64,000 nucleotides of DNA. It comes from Terriglobia bacterium (GTDB lineage: Bacteria > Acidobacteriota > Terriglobia > 20CM-2-55-15). The stretch lies in the NCBI GenBank assembly GCA_963664115.2, contig CAXWPJ010000009.1, positions 256,001-320,000 of the forward strand. The letters run 5' to 3'. Below are positions 1-9,127 of the stretch, in pieces. Position numbers and translations under genes: made by a program. Position 1 is the first letter of the stretch, and every line of letters starts with the position of its first letter. The notes below the pieces were generated by a model. That model was not told the DNA's origin and did no database searches. It saw only the letters and a list, made by a program, of their open reading frames with translations.

Positions 1-508
1 TATATGTCCCCAGACCCCCGGCCCCTATAGCGGCTGCGATCGTAGCCAATCCGACTGAGATAACAGTGGCTACTCGGATTCCCGCAAAGATCACACCCAT
101 GGCCAGGGGGATTTCGACTCGCCACAAAAGCTGCCAGTCCGTCATACCCATGCCCAGGGCCGATTCACGAACGGCGGGATCCACATGTGTGATGCCCGTG
201 TACGTGTTGCGGATGATAGGCAACAAGGAGTACAGCAGCAGGGCGACAATGGCAGTTCGCGCACCGATGCCGCCGATGAACGGAATCGGTATGAGAAAAC
301 CGAAAAGTGCCAAGCTCGGTATGGTTTGCATGATGTTGGCAAACGCCAAGATTGGCCGACTCAGCCAATCGCGGCGCGTCATCACCACCCCCAGCGGAAA
401 ACCAATCGAGATTGCCAGCGAGATCGAAATTCCGACGAGTACAATATGTTCCAGGGTCAGCCCGGCAACTTCAGCCCAATTCAGGATCATGTACTCGAAC
501 ACGTTCAT
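1..508 (-). CDS. Osmoprotectant (glycine betaine/choline/carnitine) ABC transporter permease, OpuCB/ProW-like; runs off the window edge
   Basis: Manual translation from ATG 508 (ATGA overlap with the ATPase stop): MNVFEYMILNWAEVAGLTLEHIVLV...NIMQTIPSLALFGFLIP...LYSLLPIIRNTYTGITHVDPAVRESALGMGMTDWQLLWRVEIPLA...AAAIGAGGLG; EAA-type motif present. Confidence 0.9.
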   Translation of the reverse strand, partial: MNVFEYMILNWAEVAGLTLEHIVLVGISISLAISIGFPLGVVMTRRDWLSRPILAFANIMQTIPSLALFGFLIPIPFIGGIGARTAIVALLLYSLLPIIRNTYTGITHVDPAVRESALGMGMTDWQLLWRVEIPLAMGVIFAGIRVATVISVGLATIAAAIGAGGLGTY

Positions 509-1254
509 GCCCAGGATCCTAGGAATTTTAGCGCCTCGGGGTCGTCAAGCTTCTTAAAATCCTCGGGCGGCACCAACGCAATTAGTCGTCCTTCTTTCAT
601 CAGCCCAATGAGGTCGGCCAGGAGAAAAGCTTCACCGACATCATGGGTCACAAAGACCATTGTCTTTTTCAAACGGACTTGTAAACTACGAAACTCCTGC
701 CGGATCTCCGCACGGGTGATCGGATCGAGCGCCCCGAAAGGTTCGTCGAGAAGAAGGAGCGCCGGATCGATCGCCAGGGCACGCGCCACGCCAACCCGCT
801 GCCGTTGCCCACCCGACAATTCGTGGGGATAACGGTGGCCGAATTCATCCGGGTCAAGACCCACCAGGACCAGCATCTCTCTAACGCGCTCTCTGGTTTC
901 GTCGAGGGTCCAATCCTCCAACGACGGAACAAGAGCTACATTCTCAGAAACTGTGAAATGCGGAAAGAGTCCGACTTCCTGAATCACGTACCCGATGTGA
1001 CGGCGCAAACGGATCGGATCCCATTCGAGTGTTGAGAGGCCGTCCACAATAATCCGGCCGCTTGAAGGATCAAGTAAGCGGTTCACAAGCTTCAAGGTCG
1101 TGGTTTTACCCGAACCGCTACGGCCGAGCAGTACGACAGACGTACCCTGGGGAATTCGCAGGTTGAGTCCTTCGATGATGGGCTTTCCGGAATCTAAGCG
1201 GTAGTCCACGTTCTCGAATTCGATGCTGGCAGGCGGATTGTGACCCTGAGACAT
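505..1254 (-). CDS. Osmoprotectant ABC transporter ATP-binding subunit (OpuCA/ProV-like)
   Basis: Walker A GRSGSGKTT, YVIQEVGLFPHFTV, LSGGQRQRVGVARALA, LLLDEPFGALDP; start taken at ATG 1254 (MSQGHN). Confidence 0.92.
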   Translation of the reverse strand: MSQGHNPPASIEFENVDYRLDSGKPIIEGLNLRIPQGTSVVLLGRSGSGKTTTLKLVNRLLDPSSGRIIVDGLSTLEWDPIRLRRHIGYVIQEVGLFPHFTVSENVALVPSLEDWTLDETRERVREMLVLVGLDPDEFGHRYPHELSGGQRQRVGVARALAIDPALLLLDEPFGALDPITRAEIRQEFRSLQVRLKKTMVFVTHDVGEAFLLADLIGLMKEGRLIALVPPEDFKKLDDPEALKFLGSWA

Positions 1255-1335
1255 TGGGTTTCTAAGCATACCGTATAATTGACCCGCTTCAGGTTGAGGG
1301 AAGAGTGCGTCGGGACCCACCGCGCACTACTTAAG

Positions 1336-2481
1336 ATGGAGTGCCCTTTGAGTTTGAACTTATCCTGGATCGAAATTAGCGGCAGCCGGCTCCAGAACAA
1401 CCTGCAATCATTCCGCGGTATCCTCTCGCCAGGTACGCTGCTGATGGTCGTGGTCAAGTCCAATGCCTACGGTCATGGCTTGAGTGTCGTCTCAGACGTC
1501 CTCCGAGACCATGTCGACTGGTTCGGCGTCGACTCGCTGACCGAAGCGCTCGAAGTCGAATATGTCGCCCCTGGAAAACCCGTATTGATTTTGGGATATT
1601 CCAGAGTCGAGGACGGGGCCGAAATCGTCGGTCGGGAATTCCGTCAGGTCATCTATCGTCAAGACATGGCTCACGCCCTTTCTGAGGCGGGCACACGAAC
1701 CGGAAAGACGGCAAGAGTCCATCTAAAGATCGAAACCGGCACGAACCGTCAGGGCATCCCGTTAGACGAGGTCGCCGCTTTCAGCCAGTTCGTCTCCCGG
1801 CTCCCGGGGATAGAGATCGAAGGCGTGTACACCCACTTCGCCAACATCGAGGACACTCTCGATCCCTCGTTTGCAAAGCTGCAGGTTGAGCGCTTTGGGG
1901 AAGCGATTAAGCGGATCGAGGAAACGGGTGTTCGGCCAGCCCAGGTCCACGCCCATGCGACAGCAGGAATCCTCCTCTATCCGGAAACGCATTTCACGAT
2001 GGTCCGTCTGGGAATCGGTGCTTACGGCACATGGCCTTCACGAGAGACTCGGCTCGCGGCAAGAGAGCGTGGCCGGGAGGTAAACCTTGAACCCGCCCTG
2101 ACGTGGAAGACACGCATCGTACAATTAAAAAACATTGAAGCGGGCGAATACGTCGGATATGGATTGTCGTTTCGGGCCAACCGGGTGACGACACTCGCCG
2201 TTATTCCCGTCGGTTATTACGAAGGCTACGATCGGGCGCTTTCTAACGCCGGCCAGGCGCTGGTCGGAGGCGTTAGGGTCCCCATCGTCGGTCGGGTGGC
2301 CATGAACATGACGGTGCTGGATGTGACAGACGTCGCTCCCCTCCTGGATGACGAGGTGGTCCTGATCGGACGTCAGGGAGAGAGCGAAGTTACTGCGGAC
2401 GCATTGGCGGACAAATCAGATACGATCGCCTACGAGGTTTTCGCACGTATCAATCCCTTGTTGGAACGCAGGCTTGTCTGA
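1336..2481 (+). CDS. alr: Alanine racemase
   Basis: PLP lysine motif VVKSNAYGHG, HLKIETGTNRQG, YTHFA, VGYG, GRVAMN; start is 1336 (ATG) or 1348 (TTG). Confidence 0.95.
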   Translation: MECPLSLNLSWIEISGSRLQNNLQSFRGILSPGTLLMVVVKSNAYGHGLSVVSDVLRDHVDWFGVDSLTEALEVEYVAPGKPVLILGYSRVEDGAEIVGREFRQVIYRQDMAHALSEAGTRTGKTARVHLKIETGTNRQGIPLDEVAAFSQFVSRLPGIEIEGVYTHFANIEDTLDPSFAKLQVERFGEAIKRIEETGVRPAQVHAHATAGILLYPETHFTMVRLGIGAYGTWPSRETRLAARERGREVNLEPALTWKTRIVQLKNIEAGEYVGYGLSFRANRVTTLAVIPVGYYEGYDRALSNAGQALVGGVRVPIVGRVAMNMTVLDVTDVAPLLDDEVVLIGRQGESEVTADALADKSDTIAYEVFARINPLLERRLV

Positions 2482-2548
2482 GGGTCGGACACGGGCCAGC
2501 ATCGTTCTGTTAACGCACGGCTAGTTTCTCAGTTAATCTAACGCAGCA

Positions 2549-3298
2549 ATGCCACGCATCAAAATCATCGCGCTGCTGGTCAGCGTTTCCATCCTTACCG
2601 GCTCTCTGTTCGTTTATGGTCAGCGATTCGGGCGGTTCGGGAGAACGTACATCGATCAGAACGACCCGCCGGCCACCGAGTTGATCATCGCGCGCTGGAA
2701 ATTCGGCGGCAACGGCCGATTTGGGAATATGGGCTGGTCCCACAATTATCCATACTCGGAACAACACATCGCCCAGTTGATTTCTGAGGCAACGGCAGTC
2801 GACGTCAATTACATGTCCTACCGGATCGTCGAACTGGGCACCGATGATGTCTTCGACTACCCTTTTGCCTACGTTTCCGAGCCGGGAGAAATGGCGCTCA
2901 CCCGGGTGGAAGTCGAAAACCTCCGCCAATTCATTGATCGGGGCGGCTTCCTCCTGATCGATGATTTCGATGGACCCGACCAGTTCGCAACGATGCGCGA
3001 TCAATTCCGCCGGGCTTTTCCCGACAGGGAATTCGTATCGCTGACCATCAGCCATCCGATCTTCCACGCGTTCTTCGACCTTGAGGACTTGAATGTCATG
3101 GCTCCGTACGTCCCCGGAGGCAACTCCGCCTATCTGGGGATGCTCAACGACCAGGGCGACGTCGCCGTCATCGCGTGCTACAACAACGACCTCGCGAATT
3201 TCTGGGACTGGATCGACGAAGCGCGCTATCCTCTCCGCCCTTCGACTGAAGCTTTCCGGATGGGAATCAATTTTGTCATCTATTCAATGACGCACTGA
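2549..3298 (+). CDS. DUF4159-family exported protein
   Basis: Signal peptide; W..NYP, FDYPFAYVSEPG, LRQFIDRGGFLLIDDF, HPIFHAFF, AFRMGINFVIYSMTH. Confidence 0.75.
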   Translation: MPRIKIIALLVSVSILTGSLFVYGQRFGRFGRTYIDQNDPPATELIIARWKFGGNGRFGNMGWSHNYPYSEQHIAQLISEATAVDVNYMSYRIVELGTDDVFDYPFAYVSEPGEMALTRVEVENLRQFIDRGGFLLIDDFDGPDQFATMRDQFRRAFPDREFVSLTISHPIFHAFFDLEDLNVMAPYVPGGNSAYLGMLNDQGDVAVIACYNNDLANFWDWIDEARYPLRPSTEAFRMGINFVIYSMTH

Positions 3299-3308
3299 TG
3301 ATCTATTA

Positions 3309-4310
3309 ATGGTAGCCAAACTCAAGTTAACGCTTTCGATTCCAGCCATCCTGATGCCGCTCATAGTCTTCGCGCCGATGGCAGCAACGGGGCAGAACAC
3401 GCTACGAGTCGACGTGGAGCTTGTGAACGTCGTGGTGACGGTCACGGACGGAGAAGGGCGTTACGTTGCAGGACTGAATCTGGATGACTTCATTATCACA
3501 GATGAAGGAATCCCTCAGAACCCCGCCCACTTTGCCCGGGACAACGACGTCCCTCTGAGTATCGGCATTGTTCTCGACACCAGTGCCAGCATGCTGAAAC
3601 GGATCGACACCGCTCTGGCCGCCGTCGATCGCTTTGTAGCGACACTTCACGCCGATGACGACGTGTTTTTCATGACGTTTGCTGATCGTGTCTCCCTGGT
3701 CCAGGACCTGACTCGTGATCGCATAAGACTCTCGAGGGCTTTGCTGGAAGCCCGTCCTTGGGGTGGAACCTCCCTTTACGATGCCCTGGTCCGAAGCCTC
3801 GAAACGGTGGTCCGTGGGCGTCATGACAAGCAGGCGATTCTGGTGCTGACCGACGGAACCGATACATCCAGTGAGTTCGGTCTAGGCGATGCCCTCGACG
3901 CTGTCGAGGCTACGGAAGTTCTTATCTATGGGCTCGGTATCGATGCCATGCGATTCGGGAATCCGGTCGAACATGTCCGTTTCGACTGGCCGGGAACGGT
4001 TTCGCCCAACGCCCTCAACCTTCTTCAGAGGCCCTTCAGAGAGGGGCCCGTGGACATGGACGTACTCGAAGATTTTGCCGCAGCCAGTGGGGGGCAGGCG
4101 TTCCGAGTCACCCGGACCTGGGAGGGAGGTAGAGCCGACGACATCGACCGGGTACTCGATGAGGTGTCTGCAGAGCTTCGAAACCAATACTCACTCGGAT
4201 ACTATCCCTCCAATTCCGGGGACGGACGTTTCCACAAAATTCAGGTCCAAATCCGGGATCACGACGAATACTCGGTCCGTACGCGCGCCGGCTACACGGC
4301 TGCCCCCTAA
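3309..4310 (+). CDS. VWA-domain protein (Acidobacterial VWFA type)
   Basis: RVDVELVNVVVTVTD, MIDAS DTSAS, TSLYDAL, LTDGTD, ELRNQYSLGYYP...RTRAGY. Confidence 0.85.
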   Translation: MVAKLKLTLSIPAILMPLIVFAPMAATGQNTLRVDVELVNVVVTVTDGEGRYVAGLNLDDFIITDEGIPQNPAHFARDNDVPLSIGIVLDTSASMLKRIDTALAAVDRFVATLHADDDVFFMTFADRVSLVQDLTRDRIRLSRALLEARPWGGTSLYDALVRSLETVVRGRHDKQAILVLTDGTDTSSEFGLGDALDAVEATEVLIYGLGIDAMRFGNPVEHVRFDWPGTVSPNALNLLQRPFREGPVDMDVLEDFAAASGGQAFRVTRTWEGGRADDIDRVLDEVSAELRNQYSLGYYPSNSGDGRFHKIQVQIRDHDEYSVRTRAGYTAAP

Positions 4311-5305
4311 GCTTGAGCGATCGGGACTTCCCGCAAGAACCTCGCCGTATCCTCTGGGATGGACGGATTGATAAACATTCCCGAACCCATTTCGAACCCG
4401 GCCACTCTCGAAACATGCGGAATGATCGAAAGGTACCAATGGTAGCTCCGGGGATCGGTCCGGCCGGCGAAGACAGAACGAATGACAAAGTTAAAATCGG
4501 GACCCAGCAATGCAAGTTCGATTTTGGACAGAACGGACCGAATATGCTCCGCCAGATCCGCGATACCCGTTTCCGATAGCTTCCCGAAATCCGGAGAGTG
4601 TTCGGCGGGAAACACCATGATGTGAAACGGTGAAAGGGCCGCGTACGGGATGAAGCTGACAAATCCGCGGGTCTTGTGAACCACTCGCTCACCGAACTCA
4701 CACTCGTCTTCAATTACGGAACAGAACAGACATTGGGAGTTCTCGTCGAAATACCGGACCGCGTCCCAAACGCGGCGCCGGACATCTGCGGGCATGACAG
4801 GTGTGCCCACCACCTGGGAATGCGGATGCAATATGGAAGTCCCCGACGATCGGCCATGGTTCTTAAACGGCACCACGAGCTCGATGCGGGGATCCTTGCT
4901 GAGTTCTTCATAACGGCTTCGAATCATCTCGAACACTTCAGCAATGCCACTCACCGGCTGCCTCCAGAGCCAGCGATTGTGTTCCGGATGCTCGATCACC
5001 ACATCGTGGTGGCCAAAGCCTGTCATGGATCTCCGCCTGGCACTGCCACTCTTTCGCTTGATTTCGGACGGCGACAGAGCCGGAAATTTGTTGCGAACCA
5101 GCCGAACGCCCCAGGATCCGCCCCGGTCCGTTTGGGCCAGCGTTTCTGAGCTGTCTTCGTTGCCGGGACAGAAAGGACAGTCGTCGACTCTGGCAGGGGG
5201 GTCCGATGGATCCTGCTCGGTGATGAACTCTTCGGGTCTATGGGACCGCTCGGTGGCGATAATCACCCAGTCCCCAGTGATTCGATTGAAGCGCAGTTCA
5301 GACAT
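4307..5305 (-). CDS. galT: Galactose-1-phosphate uridylyltransferase
   Basis: MSELRFNRITGDWVIIATERSHRP, CPFCPGNE, NKFPAL, catalytic HPHSQ. Confidence 0.9.
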   Translation of the reverse strand: MSELRFNRITGDWVIIATERSHRPEEFITEQDPSDPPARVDDCPFCPGNEDSSETLAQTDRGGSWGVRLVRNKFPALSPSEIKRKSGSARRRSMTGFGHHDVVIEHPEHNRWLWRQPVSGIAEVFEMIRSRYEELSKDPRIELVVPFKNHGRSSGTSILHPHSQVVGTPVMPADVRRRVWDAVRYFDENSQCLFCSVIEDECEFGERVVHKTRGFVSFIPYAALSPFHIMVFPAEHSPDFGKLSETGIADLAEHIRSVLSKIELALLGPDFNFVIRSVFAGRTDPRSYHWYLSIIPHVSRVAGFEMGSGMFINPSIPEDTARFLREVPIAQA

Positions 5306-5394
5306 GGCCGCTCCTTGGAAGAAGCGTTCCCCACACATGTCTCAAACGGAAATTATACAGCGGAGCCGGATTTGTAAACAGAAACTTATGCCGC

Positions 5395-6063
5395 TTAAAA
5401 CAGCATTCGGGGACGCAGGTAAAGCTCGTAGGCGAGGAGTTTCTGGAACTCGATAAGAAACGTACGGACGTGGCGCACTTCCCGCCACCATCCATTAGGC
5501 CGGAACTCGCTGTAGCGGGAACCGATTACCGCAATCTGCCACTCGGCGTCGAAAACAAAGTCCGTGATGAGAAGCGCCCGGCGCGAGTGATAGTTGGATG
5601 TCACTACGATCAATCGACGCCAATCCCGATCAGCGGCGAATCGACGTACTCCAAGCAGTTCGCCCATGGACTCGCTGCTGCTGTCCTCAATGCGAAAGAT
5701 GTCTTCCTCCGCCACTCCAAACCCGTTCAGGACGCGAAGGTAGTTCTCATACGGCAGGACGAGTTCGATACCCAACTCGGCCAGTTCTCGATAGTTATCG
5801 GGCGCTTCTTCCGTCGTAATCAACACGCGGGGCGCGAGACCATCGTTGAAAAGGTCTGCCGCCTCCCGGGCACGGTCAGGGCCCCCACCTCCCAGGATCA
5901 CAATTGCGTCGGCTGGAAAGGGCTCGACCTCAGCAATCAACAGTGTGCCTGACCAAACCAGGAATTCCGGAACGAAGAGATAGGCGAGGCCTGCAGCCGC
6001 TACGAAGGTCACGAATCCGGCTAATAGAATGCGCCGGGTGAAGCGGATACGTGGCCTCTTCAT
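5395..6063 (-). CDS. YdcF/DUF218-family membrane-anchored protein
   Basis: N-terminal TM helix, ADAIVILGGG, IVVTSNYHSRRA. Confidence 0.8.
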   Translation of the reverse strand: MKRPRIRFTRRILLAGFVTFVAAAGLAYLFVPEFLVWSGTLLIAEVEPFPADAIVILGGGGPDRAREAADLFNDGLAPRVLITTEEAPDNYRELAELGIELVLPYENYLRVLNGFGVAEEDIFRIEDSSSESMGELLGVRRFAADRDWRRLIVVTSNYHSRRALLITDFVFDAEWQIAVIGSRYSEFRPNGWWREVRHVRTFLIEFQKLLAYELYLRPRMLF

Positions 6064-6207
6064 CTGTCCCCTCCCCGCACATCGGGCCGCAGCCGCCCCC
6101 AACCGCCACAGGCAGGTGTCGGAAGCGATTCTCGGTCATGAGGGCCATCGTCTCTTCGACCCTCAACCGGGCCTGGCGCCGATCACCGGATGGAACACCA
6201 ACTTCAT
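6064..6207 (-). pseudogene. Degraded CBS-domain fragment
   Basis: MKLVFHPVIGARPG / (frameshift) LRVEETMALMTENRFRHLPV matches the CBS pattern 'V...P...VEE.M.LM...RIRHLPV'. Confidence 0.55.
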
Positions 6208-6295
6208 GGAGAGCCCTCGTTAATTTTGGGCCAGATTAGCATTGTCAATCGCGTCAGTCATAGGAAAAAGGGTGGGGTCGGAATTCGCAACATCG

Positions 6296-6367
6296 GGGAC
6301 GGAGGCAGATTTCGGAACGTCCTGTAATTGTCGGAACTTGCATCCGGAAGAAATCTGCCTCCGTCCC
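6296..6367. repeat. Perfect 18-bp inverted repeat (REP/MITE-like hairpin)
   Basis: GGGACGGAGGCAGATTTC (6296-6313) and GAAATCTGCCTCCGTCCC (6350-6367). Confidence 0.9.
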
Positions 6368-6583
6368 GGAAAGCCGGTTTGGACTTTGACTACCACTCGT
6401 GTGAAAAAGAAGTGTAAACTACCGGCGGTCCGCTCCAAAAACAGACTCCGCTGGACTGACCGGAAGAGATCGATCAGAACCATGAACAGGTTATCGCTCG
6501 ACGACGTTATCGACAGGAATCCCGCCGAGGACCTCACGATCAGCGACTTTGAGAATAAAGAAATCGAGTAGTTACGACGGCGA

Positions 6584-7105
6584 ATGACCTTGCTCACCGC
6601 AACCTTCTACTACATGGCGACCGCCTCGGTGGTGAGCGCCCTACTGGCCGTGACACGGAGGAATCCCCTGCATAGCCTGCTCTGGGTGCTGGCGCTCTTC
6701 GGTCACGTCGCAGGCATCTTCCTGTTGCTGGAGGCTGAGTTTCTGGCGGTCGTGCAGGTCGTCGTGTATGCCGGGGCAATCTTGATCTTCTACCTCTTCG
6801 TCATGATGCTGCTCGACCTGTCGGACGAGGACACCCGGCCGCGGTTCGGCAATCATTGGCCCTTCGCTGCGGGTGCGGGACTCCTCTTTGTTGCCATAGC
6901 GTTTATCGCCCAACTCGAGCGGTCGAACATGGTCGGAATCAGGGGCACACCCTCGGGGGAAGGCCCGCTTCAAGGAAGCCTGGAAGGGATTGGTTTGGCG
7001 CTTTTCGGCCCATTTGCGTTGCCATTCGAAATGGTATCCCTGGTGCTGCTGGCCGCAATCGTCGGGGCTGTCGTTCTTGCACAGAGGAGGGTGCCCCGGC
7101 CATGA
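6584..7105 (+). CDS. nuoJ: NADH-quinone oxidoreductase subunit J
   Basis: RRNPLHSLL, AEFLAVVQVVVYAGAILIFYLFVMML, PFEMVSLVLLAAIVGAVVLA. Confidence 0.95.
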   Translation: MTLLTATFYYMATASVVSALLAVTRRNPLHSLLWVLALFGHVAGIFLLLEAEFLAVVQVVVYAGAILIFYLFVMMLLDLSDEDTRPRFGNHWPFAAGAGLLFVAIAFIAQLERSNMVGIRGTPSGEGPLQGSLEGIGLALFGPFALPFEMVSLVLLAAIVGAVVLAQRRVPRP

Positions 7106-7407
7106 TTGTGCCGACGAACGTGGTTCTGGGATTGAGCGCCATCCTGTTTGGAATTGGAGTATTCGGATTCCTGGCCCGTCGCAACGTTATCCTCATGCTC
7201 GTCTCGATTGAGGTCATGCTCAACGCAATTAACGTCAGTCTGGTCGGATTCAGCCAACACTTCGAAAATCCGCACGGCCAGATCATGGCCCTTTTCGTGA
7301 TCGCGGTGGCAGCCGCCGAAGCAGGGATCGGTCTGGGGCTTGTGATCGCCTTGAACCGGAACAAACCCGGGGTCCGCGTAGGAGACCTTACCGAACTCAA
7401 ATGGTAA
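7102..7407 (+). CDS. nuoK: NADH-quinone oxidoreductase subunit K
   Basis: ATG 7102; LFGIGVFG..RRNVILMLVSIEVMLNAIN, GQIMALFVIAVAAAEAGIGL. Confidence 0.95.
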   Translation: MIVPTNVVLGLSAILFGIGVFGFLARRNVILMLVSIEVMLNAINVSLVGFSQHFENPHGQIMALFVIAVAAAEAGIGLGLVIALNRNKPGVRVGDLTELKW

Positions 7408-8867
7408 CGTTTTCGGTTATGCCGCTGCTTGCGGTGCTCGTCTCGGCGGTGGGTGCGCTCCTGATCGCATGCACCGGCGAGCGTCGTGCCAATTTAAGGG
7501 AGTTCTGGTCGATTGCGGCGGGTGTCGGGCTGTTCGCTCTCGTCGCGAGCATGATCCCGAAGATATTAGCCGGTGGAACGGTGGAATTTGTGCTGTTCCG
7601 GATCCTCCCGGGCATCGATCTCGCCTTTAGAGCGGATGCCTTCGGCCTACTTTTTGCCTCCGGGGCGGCACTGCTCTGGATCTTGACCTCGTTCTATTCG
7701 ATCGGTTACATGCGTTCTCTCAAGGAGCACGCACAGACCCGTTACTATTCGTGCTTCGCACTGGCGCTCACCACGACGATTGGAGTGGCCTTCTCTGCCA
7801 ACCTCTTCACGCTGTTTGTATTTTACGAGGGCTTGACGCTGGTCACCTATCCACTCGTAGGGCACAACGAAACGGCCGAAGCCCGAGCGGGAGCCCGTAA
7901 ATATGTAATTTATCTGCTGGGTGCGGCCAAGGTCTTCCTGGTAGCCGCCATTGTGCTGACCTATAACGTCGCCGGGACCCTGGACTTCCGCAGTGGCGGA
8001 ATAATGCCGGCTGAACTGGTGAGCGAGCAGCCCACGCTTCTTTTTATGATCTTCGCCCTGTTCCTGTTTGGATTCGCCAAGAACGCACTGATGCCGCTAC
8101 ATAGCTGGTTACCGGCTGCAATGGTTGCGCCGACGCCGGTGAGCGCGCTTCTGCATGCGGTGGCTGTCGTCAAGACGGGTGTGTTCTCCACGCTCCGGGT
8201 CTTTCTCTTCATCTTCGGTCCCGAGGCCATGAGGGAACTCGGCGCCGACCAGCTGGCACTGGGCTTTGCAGCGGTAACGATTGTGGTCGGATCGCTTCTA
8301 GCGCTCAGCCAGGATAACCTCAAAGCCAGGCTGGCGTTCTCCACGGTCAGCCAGCTTTCCTACATCATCCTGGGCGCAGCACTCTTGAACTCCAGCGGAG
8401 TGATGGGCGGAGTCGCCCATATCACCAACCACGCCGTATCGAAGATCACGCTGTTCTTCTGCGCCGGTTCGATTTATGTATCCGCACACAAAACCGAAAT
8501 CAGCCAGATGTCCGGCCTGGCAAAACGCATGCCATGGACCATGGCTGCGTTTGCGCTGGCGTCCTTGAGCGTGGTGGGTATACCCATTACCAGCGGGTTC
8601 GTTTCCAAGTGGTACCTCGCCATCGGCGCGGTAGAGGGTCAGAGCTTTATCTTGTTGGGTGTACTTTTAGTCAGCTCGCTTCTAAACGCGGTCTACCTCG
8701 GCTCGATTGTGTACAAGGCCTACTTCGAAAAGGAGTCATCGCCGAACGAAGAAATCCGCGAAGTAGGGTGGATCGTTGCACCGTTGACAATTAGCGCAGC
8801 CCTAAGCCTGCTACTGGGACTCTACTCTGACCCTGTACTGGCACTGGCGGGAAGGGTCCTTCAGTGA
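7401..8867 (+). CDS. MrpD-like antiporter-type membrane subunit (extra proton-pumping module)
   Basis: FYEGLTLVTYPLV, KNALMPLHSWLPAAMVAPTPVSALLHAVAVVK, LKARLAFSTVSQL, GFVSKW; no transverse helix. Confidence 0.88.
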   Translation: MVTFSVMPLLAVLVSAVGALLIACTGERRANLREFWSIAAGVGLFALVASMIPKILAGGTVEFVLFRILPGIDLAFRADAFGLLFASGAALLWILTSFYSIGYMRSLKEHAQTRYYSCFALALTTTIGVAFSANLFTLFVFYEGLTLVTYPLVGHNETAEARAGARKYVIYLLGAAKVFLVAAIVLTYNVAGTLDFRSGGIMPAELVSEQPTLLFMIFALFLFGFAKNALMPLHSWLPAAMVAPTPVSALLHAVAVVKTGVFSTLRVFLFIFGPEAMRELGADQLALGFAAVTIVVGSLLALSQDNLKARLAFSTVSQLSYIILGAALLNSSGVMGGVAHITNHAVSKITLFFCAGSIYVSAHKTEISQMSGLAKRMPWTMAAFALASLSVVGIPITSGFVSKWYLAIGAVEGQSFILLGVLLVSSLLNAVYLGSIVYKAYFEKESSPNEEIREVGWIVAPLTISAALSLLLGLYSDPVLALAGRVLQ

Positions 8868-9127
8868 ATTTCTTGGAGCGACAGCTGGAAGATAAGGTTC
8901 GTTTCGCCCGGATCAAGCGCCTCTTTTACGTCGTCCTGGGCGTAATAGCCGTTGCCGAAATCGTTCTGCCGCTCGTCTTCGAAGGAGAGGAACACCACTT
9001 CGGATTCGAGGGCTTCCCAGCCTGGGGCTCGCTCTATGGGCTGATCTCCTGCGTGGCGATCATCGTCGTATCGAAACTCATCGGAAAGGCGTGGCTCATG
9101 CGCCGTGAGAACTACTATGACTCTTGA
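8864..9127 (+). CDS. Small two-TM membrane protein between the two MrpD-like genes
   Basis: 87 aa, two hydrophobic segments, FEGFPAWGSLYGL..C and C-terminal LMRRENYYD; overlaps both neighbouring genes. Confidence 0.8.
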   Translation: MNFLERQLEDKVRFARIKRLFYVVLGVIAVAEIVLPLVFEGEEHHFGFEGFPAWGSLYGLISCVAIIVVSKLIGKAWLMRRENYYDS

